Shown in pieces: positions 57,515 through 64,000 of a stretch of 64,000 nt of DNA; the stretch's first letter is position 1, and each line of letters begins with the position of its first letter. The notes beneath the pieces are model-generated. The model worked only from the letters and a program-made list of their open reading frames with translations, had not been told where the DNA came from and searched no databases. Origin of the DNA: Nitrospirota bacterium (GTDB lineage: Bacteria; Nitrospirota; Thermodesulfovibrionia; Thermodesulfovibrionales; Dissulfurispiraceae). The stretch is taken from assembly GCA_963790025.1 (NCBI GenBank), contig CAWBMP010000004.1, forward strand, positions 1,312,001 to 1,376,000, written 5' to 3'. The translations under genes were made by a program, and so were the position numbers.

Positions 57515-58732
57515 GTGAATGCCGTCATTATCGGCTTAAGTGCCGCGGGGCTGTCCTGTCTCGACACACTTTTGAGGTTCTCTCCCGAAGTTAATATAAC
57601 CGCAATATCTGAAGAAAAACACATGCCATACTGCAGATGTATGCTTACGCACTATCTTGGCAGGGTTGTCCGGGAAGACCAGATGATCATAAAAGACATA
57701 TCCGCCTGCCCTGCCAATGTCAATTTCATCTTCGGCGAAAAGGTGGAATCAATTGATGTACACAAAAGGTCTCTGACCTTATCCAGCGGGAAAGAAATAA
57801 GCTATGACAGGCTCCTGGTCGCCACCGGCGCCAACGCCGTCAAACCATTGTATTGTGATGAAGGTAAAAAGACTTTTACTCTGCGCTACATGGATGATGC
57901 AAGAAAACTCGAACAACATGTGAAAGACAGAGCGGTGGTCCTGGGCGGCGGTTTTGTAGGAATAAAAGCCGCGTATGGATTAATTGAGCGAAACGTTAAC
58001 GTTGAAATGATCGTTTCATCTCCTTATCTTCTATCTCTGGTTTTGGATGAAAAGACCTCACGCTTTTTGGAAAAAGACCTTCGTGGATTGGGCATTGGTA
58101 TAAGGACAAAGGACGACATTGCGGAGATAAACATGGAAAAAGACAGTGTTGCCGTTTCACTCAGATCCGGCGTCGAGCTATGCAGCGATGTTGTGGTAGT
58201 TGGAAAGGGTGTAAAACCAAGGGTTGACGTTGCCAGAAAATCGGGACTAACGATCGATCTGGGAATCATGGTAAATCAATTCCTTGAAACATCAGCAGAA
58301 GGTGTTTACGCTGCCGGAGATTGTTGTGAGACCATGGATATAAGCAGAAAAATTCCGTGGATCAATGCGATATGGCCTGTTGCAGTTGAGCAGGGCTATT
58401 TTGCCGGCCTGAATATGTTGGGGTTTAATGCCTCATATCCTGGAAGCATCGGAATGAACAGCCTCAAGACCCATGCCTTCCACCTTATTTCCGGGGGGGT
58501 GCTGAAGGAAGAGGACGGTGTTACCATTTATGAGAAGCACTTCCCGCAAAGAAAACAATTCCGCAAGTTGGCAGTAAGAGACAACGTCCCCGTGGGCATG
58601 GCTTTTTATAACTGCCCGGAGGATGCGGGAACTTATATCAACCTTATCAAAAAAGGTATGCCGCTCAATGCCGACCCCGCTAAGATTGTTAATGCCGAGG
58701 TAAGCATAGCGGACATCCTTAAACCTGTATGA
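57515..58732 (+). CDS. FAD/NAD(P)-dependent oxidoreductase associated with CODH
   Basis: 'IIGLSAAG', 'LVATG', 'LGGGFVG' and 'VYAAGD'. Confidence 0.88.
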   Translation: MNAVIIGLSAAGLSCLDTLLRFSPEVNITAISEEKHMPYCRCMLTHYLGRVVREDQMIIKDISACPANVNFIFGEKVESIDVHKRSLTLSSGKEISYDRLLVATGANAVKPLYCDEGKKTFTLRYMDDARKLEQHVKDRAVVLGGGFVGIKAAYGLIERNVNVEMIVSSPYLLSLVLDEKTSRFLEKDLRGLGIGIRTKDDIAEINMEKDSVAVSLRSGVELCSDVVVVGKGVKPRVDVARKSGLTIDLGIMVNQFLETSAEGVYAAGDCCETMDISRKIPWINAIWPVAVEQGYFAGLNMLGFNASYPGSIGMNSLKTHAFHLISGGVLKEEDGVTIYEKHFPQRKQFRKLAVRDNVPVGMAFYNCPEDAGTYINLIKKGMPLNADPAKIVNAEVSIADILKPV

Positions 58733-59343
58733 CGGAGGTGTATATGAATGTGGTCGTCGTCAAACCCGAGCGCTGTGTAGGATGTCTTCAATGCCGCTTT
58801 GCCTGCGCCGTAGCCCACTCGATCAGCGATTCACCTTATGCGGCACCCTATGAAACGGTCCTTTCCAAGCCCCGGATACATATCGGTTTATCAAAAAACA
58901 AAGATCCCTTCCCAAATAAATGCAGGCACTGCGACCCTGCGCCCTGCGAGATGGCATGTCTCCCGAAAGCCATATTCAGGGATTCCGCGACCGGCATGGT
59001 GCTTATCAACCCTGACCGGTGCATAAACTGCGGCATGTGCGCAATGGCTTGTCCTTTCGGCGTTGTAAGGTATCATGTCCATATTAACAATAAGACTGCC
59101 GCTCATAAATGCGACCAATGCATCGCGCGGCAGAAGGAAGGCAGGGTCCCCGCCTGTGTCGAGGTCTGCAAGGTTGGCGCTCTTCTCTTCGAAGACTACA
59201 ATAAAGTAATGGACAGGGATACCGACGAAATTTCTTCCCTCGTCTATCTTGGAATAAGATCAAAGGAACAGTCACAAGGACCATACCAGTCCCTGACGGC
59301 ATATAAACACGGATTGGAAGAATTAAGGAGGAAGCAGTCATGA
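58729..59343 (+). CDS. cooF: CooF-like 4x[4Fe-4S] electron transfer protein
   Basis: CVGCLQCRFAC, CRHC..APC..AC, CINCGMCAMACP and CDQC..PACVEVC, directly upstream of cooS. Confidence 0.88.
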   Translation: MTEVYMNVVVVKPERCVGCLQCRFACAVAHSISDSPYAAPYETVLSKPRIHIGLSKNKDPFPNKCRHCDPAPCEMACLPKAIFRDSATGMVLINPDRCINCGMCAMACPFGVVRYHVHINNKTAAHKCDQCIARQKEGRVPACVEVCKVGALLFEDYNKVMDRDTDEISSLVYLGIRSKEQSQGPYQSLTAYKHGLEELRRKQS

Positions 59344-61214
59344 GTGAATACGATAAGCTTTCGATATGCAAAGACGCCCAACTCACACTCAGAAAGGCCC
59401 ATGAAGATGGGGTTGAAACCGTCTGGGACAGATTCAAGAAACAGGAGCCTCAGTGTGGATATTGTGAATTGGGGGTGTCATGCCGCATATGCGTTATGGG
59501 ACCATGCCGTATTGATCCTTTTGGCGAAGGACCCCAATACGGGGTCTGTGGTGCGGACGCAGACATCATGGTGGCAAGAAACCTCGCGCGAATGATCGCT
59601 GCCGGGGCCGCATCCCACTCTGACCATGGCCGCGATCTGGTCGAGGTCTTGCACAAAATAGGCGAAGGGACTGCTCCAGGATACACGATAAGAGACGTCG
59701 ATAAGCTTAAGAGGGTGGCTGCTGAATATGGCATTGATCCCGCAGGACTCAGTAATGAGGCTATTGCTAAACAGCTGGCTGAGGCCATGATGGAAGATTA
59801 TGGGATGAAAAAGAAACAGATTACTCTTATTAACAGAGCACCCAAACAGCGGATCGAGTTATGGGAAAAGCTGAAAGTGATACCGCGGGGCATAGACATG
59901 GAGACCTCCGAGACCATGCATCGCACCCACATGGGGGTTGATAATGAATATGTCTCTATATTGCTGCATGCGGTAAGAAACAGCCTTGCCGACGGTTATG
60001 GGGGATCGATGATAGGCACGGAGCTGTCTGACATCATCTTCGGAACACCCAAACCCGCTTTTTCCGAAGTCAACCTGGGAGTACTGAAAGAGGATTATGT
60101 CAATATTCTGGTCCATGGTCATAGCCCTGTGGTTTCCGAAATGGTCGGACTGGCGGTTGATGACAAAGAGATGGTCGCCCTCGCAAAATCAAAAGGTGCA
60201 AAGGGCATCAACCTCGCAGGACTCTGTTGTACGGGCAACGAGCTGATGATGCGAAAAAAGATCCCCATGGCCGGAAACCACCTTATGACCGAACTGACTA
60301 TGGTAACCGGGGTTGTGGAATCCATGATCGTTGACTACCAATGCATAATGCCGTCGTTGGGACAGGTGGCACAGTGTTATCATACCAGAATGTACACGAC
60401 ATCGGACAAGGCCAAGTTCCCTTTTATGGAGCATGTTGAATTTACTCCTGTGAATGCCAAAGAACAGGCATTCCGAATAGTGAAGGAATCCGTGGACAAT
60501 TTTGACCGCAGGAATAAGGACAAAGTATACATTCCCGATACTCCGGTCAAAAACATGACGGGATTTTCTGTTGAAGCAATAGTTGGAGCGCTCGGCGGGA
60601 GCCTGACGCCATTAATCGACGCTATCAAGGCCGGCAAAATAAAAGGGGCTGTCGGCGTAGTGGGTTGTAACAACCCAAAGATAAAGCAGGATTATGGCCA
60701 TGTTGAACTTATCAAGCGTCTCATCGCAAACGATATCCTGGTACTCACGACGGGATGCGTAAATGTTGCGGCAGGCAAGGCAGGACTTCAGGTGCCGGAG
60801 GCAAAAGAGCTGGCCGGGCCTGGACTCAAAGAGATATGCGGGCTTCTGAATATTCCGCCTTCACTGCATGTCGGCTCGTGCGTGGACAATTCCCGGATAG
60901 TCGCCATTGCTTGCGCACTGGCAAATGCCATAGGAGTAGATATTGACAAATTGCCGCTTGCAGGGGCCGCCCCTGAATGGTATTCCGAGAAGGCGGCAAC
61001 CATTGCCTTTTATGCCATGGCCAGCGGAATATATACTGTGCTGGGGGTGATGCCTCCCATCCTGGGGAGCAAGAACGTCACGGAACTTGCCACATCGGGA
61101 TTGAATGGCGTGTTCGGCGCCTGCTTTGCAGTGGAGCCTGATCCTGTAAAAGCGGCCCAACTCATAACGAATCATATCATGGAGAAAAGGAAAGGATTGG
61201 GACTGGACGCTTAA
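59340..61214 (+). CDS. cooS: Anaerobic Ni,Fe carbon monoxide dehydrogenase catalytic subunit
   Basis: 'CRICVMGPC', 'CGA', 'HSDH', 'HGHSP', 'CCTGNE', 'DYQC', 'GCNN', 'TGC', 'GSCVDNSR' and 'SEKA'. Confidence 0.97.
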   Translation: MSEYDKLSICKDAQLTLRKAHEDGVETVWDRFKKQEPQCGYCELGVSCRICVMGPCRIDPFGEGPQYGVCGADADIMVARNLARMIAAGAASHSDHGRDLVEVLHKIGEGTAPGYTIRDVDKLKRVAAEYGIDPAGLSNEAIAKQLAEAMMEDYGMKKKQITLINRAPKQRIELWEKLKVIPRGIDMETSETMHRTHMGVDNEYVSILLHAVRNSLADGYGGSMIGTELSDIIFGTPKPAFSEVNLGVLKEDYVNILVHGHSPVVSEMVGLAVDDKEMVALAKSKGAKGINLAGLCCTGNELMMRKKIPMAGNHLMTELTMVTGVVESMIVDYQCIMPSLGQVAQCYHTRMYTTSDKAKFPFMEHVEFTPVNAKEQAFRIVKESVDNFDRRNKDKVYIPDTPVKNMTGFSVEAIVGALGGSLTPLIDAIKAGKIKGAVGVVGCNNPKIKQDYGHVELIKRLIANDILVLTTGCVNVAAGKAGLQVPEAKELAGPGLKEICGLLNIPPSLHVGSCVDNSRIVAIACALANAIGVDIDKLPLAGAAPEWYSEKAATIAFYAMASGIYTVLGVMPPILGSKNVTELATSGLNGVFGACFAVEPDPVKAAQLITNHIMEKRKGLGLDA

Positions 61215-61241
61215 TAGGCGTTTAATATTTATTTTGTGAAA

Positions 61242-61281
61242 GGGGCACTCTGCCGATAAAGACAGAGTGCCCCGGTTTTTT
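61242..61281 (+). terminator. Intrinsic terminator after cooS
   Basis: GGGGCACTCTG-loop-CAGAGTGCCCC followed by GGTTTTTT. Confidence 0.8.
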
Positions 61282-61315
61282 ATGAACTGAATTTATGAAC
61301 TGAACAGGGCAATAC

Positions 61316-62509
61316 TTAATGCCCGCTGCCGTGCCACCCCTCCTGGATATCTCCGGCCTCTGATTCCACCCTGACAGAAACGGCCACCTTATAAAGAACG
61401 GTGAGGGCGAGAGCGCCTATCCCATAAACCCCCAGGGTAATAAGGAGTTCGGGCACTGTTGGGGTATACTCTACAACCCTCTCAAAGGGGTTGGGGACAA
61501 ATCCGCCGACAACAAGGCCCATACCTTTATCTATCCAGCAGGCAATAAAAACGGCGACAAGTGAAAAAGATAGAATGCTCTCGTTCTTCCGCGTATTCGG
61601 ATAGACCAGCAAGGCAATGCCGGCAATCGCAAGCACCGCAGCGGTCCGCATAAATGGGACCAGTCTTGTGTGGCCTTCGAGTCCTACAAACAGATACTTG
61701 ATTGGGGCCATTTCGCCCGGTATCTTGCTGTAGAAGGCTGTAAAAACTTCGAGCAGTAGGAAAAACACATTTACGCACATCGCATAAGTTACTATTTTTG
61801 CAAGCGACTGGATCGCCTCTTTACCCGGGTCGAACTTGCTGACCTTCCTTACGATCATAGCGAGCAGGATAAGGAGCGCGGGGCCTGCCGCAAAGGCCGA
61901 AGAAAGGAATCGTGCCGCCATTATAGCAGTAAGCCAGAGGTGCCTTCCAGGGAGACCGGCGTAAAGAAAAGCCGTTACAGTGTGAATGCTGACCGCCCAT
62001 GGGACTGACAGGTAAATGAGGGGTTTCACCCACGCCGGCGGAGGGAGTTCTTTCCTGTCTGCGCCGAGTGTGGTCCAGCCGATGATCAGGTTGAGCATGA
62101 GATAACCGGACAAAACCAGCATGTCCCAGAACATGACCGAGTTCGGAGTGGGGTGCAGTATAACATTCATAACTCTCGTCGGCTGTCCCATATCGCAAAA
62201 AATGAACAGCATGCACATTATGACCGAAGCGATCGCCAGAAATTCCCCCAGTATAACGATCCTTCCGAATGTCTTATAATCGTGCAGGTAATATGGTATG
62301 ACCATCATAACTGCAGATGCTGCCACGCCGACAAGAAAAGTGAACTGGGCGATATAGAAGCCCCAGCTTACATCCCTGCTCATGCCGGTAATGCCTAAAC
62401 CATAGTTGAACTGCATTAGATAGCAGAAGAAACCGGTGCCGATTATCGCAAGCAACAGAAATATCCATGCCCAGTATCCTTTTCCACCGGTAAGCGCTTT
62501 CTCAAGCAT
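61316..62509 (-). CDS. dsrP: DsrP (NrfD/PsrC-family membrane subunit)
   Basis: 'GLGITGMSRDVSWGFYI', 'DMGQPTR' and 'SIHTVTAFL', about 10 TM segments, in dsrKJOP order. Confidence 0.92.
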   Translation of the reverse strand: MLEKALTGGKGYWAWIFLLLAIIGTGFFCYLMQFNYGLGITGMSRDVSWGFYIAQFTFLVGVAASAVMMVIPYYLHDYKTFGRIVILGEFLAIASVIMCMLFIFCDMGQPTRVMNVILHPTPNSVMFWDMLVLSGYLMLNLIIGWTTLGADRKELPPPAWVKPLIYLSVPWAVSIHTVTAFLYAGLPGRHLWLTAIMAARFLSSAFAAGPALLILLAMIVRKVSKFDPGKEAIQSLAKIVTYAMCVNVFFLLLEVFTAFYSKIPGEMAPIKYLFVGLEGHTRLVPFMRTAAVLAIAGIALLVYPNTRKNESILSFSLVAVFIACWIDKGMGLVVGGFVPNPFERVVEYTPTVPELLITLGVYGIGALALTVLYKVAVSVRVESEAGDIQEGWHGSGH

Positions 62510-63299
62510 TTTCGTTACCTCCTACGATGTAGTAAACACTGGGCTCTGTCCCGAGTTCCACCTTTCTCCTGATAGTGTAATGTTTGCTGATGAGCTTTCT
62601 TACCTCCGACTGCGGGTCTTCAAGATCACCAAACATTATTCCACCCTGCGATGCGTCAACGCACGCCGGGTTAAGCCCCTTGGCAAGACGCTCATAACAG
62701 AAGGTGCACTTTTCCACTACACCCTTTGTACGTGTCGGGAATTCGGGATTCTCCTCTTTTATAAAAGGTCGCGGGTCCCTGAAATTAAAACTCCGCGCGC
62801 CGAACGGACAGGCCGCCATGCAGAACCTGCAGCCGATGCAGCGGTGCATATCCATCATTACAATGCCGTCTGCTCTTTTGAATGTGGCTTTGGTAGGGCA
62901 CACTCTGACGCATGGCGGGTTGTCACAGTGGTTGCATAAAACCTCGAAAGGCATGTCCTTCATTCCCTCGGCCATGTACTTGCTTTCCTGTCCTGGGAAT
63001 ACGTGTTCATACGTGTCCTTCCATATCCACTTGATCTCTTCCTTGGGGTTGCCGATATCAGGCACATTATGGATACTGTGGCAGGCATGCATGACCCTCT
63101 TATAATCGTCATCAGTCTTGAATTTGCTCATATCGACAACAAAGCCCCAACGCTTTGCTTTCAGTGCGTCAGTACTGGGCTCAAACTGAGAGGCTTGCAC
63201 CGGACCTTGGCAGAGACTGTTCACCCCTGTAATGGCCCCCATCCCGAGTATTGTCGAAACTCCAGTTAATTTTAGAAATTGCCTTCTGTCCATGCTCAT
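62502..63299 (-). CDS. dsrO: DsrO periplasmic Fe-S protein (Tat signal)
   Basis: 'MDRRQFLK' twin-Arg, CNHC..PPC..VCP, CIGCRFCMAACP and KCTFC. Confidence 0.93.
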   Translation of the reverse strand: MSMDRRQFLKLTGVSTILGMGAITGVNSLCQGPVQASQFEPSTDALKAKRWGFVVDMSKFKTDDDYKRVMHACHSIHNVPDIGNPKEEIKWIWKDTYEHVFPGQESKYMAEGMKDMPFEVLCNHCDNPPCVRVCPTKATFKRADGIVMMDMHRCIGCRFCMAACPFGARSFNFRDPRPFIKEENPEFPTRTKGVVEKCTFCYERLAKGLNPACVDASQGGIMFGDLEDPQSEVRKLISKHYTIRRKVELGTEPSVYYIVGGNENA

Positions 63300-63694
63300 A
63301 ACTTGTTCTCCTTGGGTGCGATATGACAATCCCAGCAATAAGGCTTCACCGACATAAAATTATGGCAGCTGTCGCAAAACTCTTTCTTGTTCGAGTGGCA
63401 ATGCATGCAGGTGTTCTGGAGGCTCATGTTGTAATGTTTTCCCCCGAAACCTACATACACCCGGTTGCCGTCCCGGACTACCGCATCCCTCCAGTCGTTA
63501 AGCAACTGCATATGCTCGGACCTCATGAAGGCCCTGGGCTCAACACACTGTTTTACCGCCATCTGCTGAATAACAGGGGTATCGATTTTAGGTTCAGGTT
63601 TCACAATAGGCGTCCCCGCACTATATACAAAGGGGAAAGCGATTATTGCTGCAAAGACAAGAAGTCCCGCTATTATTTTTCCGCTGTCATACAT
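63296..63694 (-). CDS. dsrJ: DsrJ triheme cytochrome c
   Basis: CMHCH, CDSCH and CWDCH, with 'HMQLLNDWRDAVVR'. Confidence 0.95.
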   Translation of the reverse strand: MYDSGKIIAGLLVFAAIIAFPFVYSAGTPIVKPEPKIDTPVIQQMAVKQCVEPRAFMRSEHMQLLNDWRDAVVRDGNRVYVGFGGKHYNMSLQNTCMHCHSNKKEFCDSCHNFMSVKPYCWDCHIAPKENKL

Positions 63695-63695
63695 G

Positions 63696-64000
63696 TTAGC
63701 TTACCTCCTCGCTGCCTTCTTTTCCAGGAAGGGGCTCAAGTCGCATATCGAGCGTCCTCTCCTTCTCCCCCTTCATCACCATGGCGTTTGCTACAAGCTC
63801 TGTTACCCCGGCGACACCGACTTGAGGCACCCAATATTCCACTCCAGCCGAAAGGGTGGCCCTGTCGATCGCACAGACACAGGCAAGCATATTCACTCCA
63901 TATTTTTCGTGTACGAATTTAACCGCGTTCGCCCTTGGGAGAATGCCCCTCATGCGCAGTTCCATATTCTCCGAGGCATTAAGCCCTGAGCCGCTACCGC
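63696..64000 (-). CDS. dsrK: DsrK C-terminus (5' part outside window)
   Basis: Frame is open to the window edge and reads 'GSGSGLNASENMELRMRG..PR...ACVCAID', directly upstream of dsrJ. Confidence 0.85.
   Translation of the reverse strand, partial: GSGSGLNASENMELRMRGILPRANAVKFVHEKYGVNMLACVCAIDRATLSAGVEYWVPQVGVAGVTELVANAMVMKGEKERTLDMRLEPLPGKEGSEEVS

Noticed and set aside
55632..61214. Possible selenocysteine read-through in the redox and sulfur-relay genes
   Set aside because: The ORFs look full length with Cys at the catalytic positions, so no in-frame TGA is needed.
61279..61305. 13-bp tandem TTTATGAACTGAA x2 after the cooS terminator
   Set aside because: It is too short to interpret alone; at most it is another microrepeat tract.

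Overview
Bacterial chromosomal window from an anaerobic sulfur-cycling organism. The combination of dsrKJOP, Ni-CODH, Kdo/LPS genes and anaerobic cobalamin genes suggests Nitrospirota or Desulfobacterota, which is an inference. Positions 1-10.4 kb are accessory: the 3' end of an IS110 transposase, SRAP, a small serine recombinase coupled to an unannotated 47-aa ORF, a sigma54-type promoter ahead of two identical 55-aa ORFs, an ankyrin protein and several gene scraps. At 11-17.5 kb, pilB, a degenerate pilT and sixA lie divergent from a hybrid kinase with a degenerate GGDEF domain. Positions 17.5-30 kb hold acetate-CoA ligase, trpB2, an MFS transporter and a kdsA-kdsD-kdsC-pgsA-plsY-queC run. 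At 30.4-50.4 kb a cobalamin riboswitch precedes a ~20 kb bzaF-led anaerobic cobamide operon that lacks cbiM and cbiJ. Positions 55-64 kb contain a probable 6S RNA, dsrH/E/F-like genes with tusA, a ferredoxin, FAD oxidoreductase-cooF-cooS and dsrK'JOP. The most unusual signal is a family of palindromic miniature elements (termini AGTGTAATGAAGG) in three copies, two of them in frame inside cobalamin genes. A second small hairpin element is nested in one copy and tandemly duplicated inside another gene, and many degenerate 6-8 nt tandem repeats are translated as protein loops.
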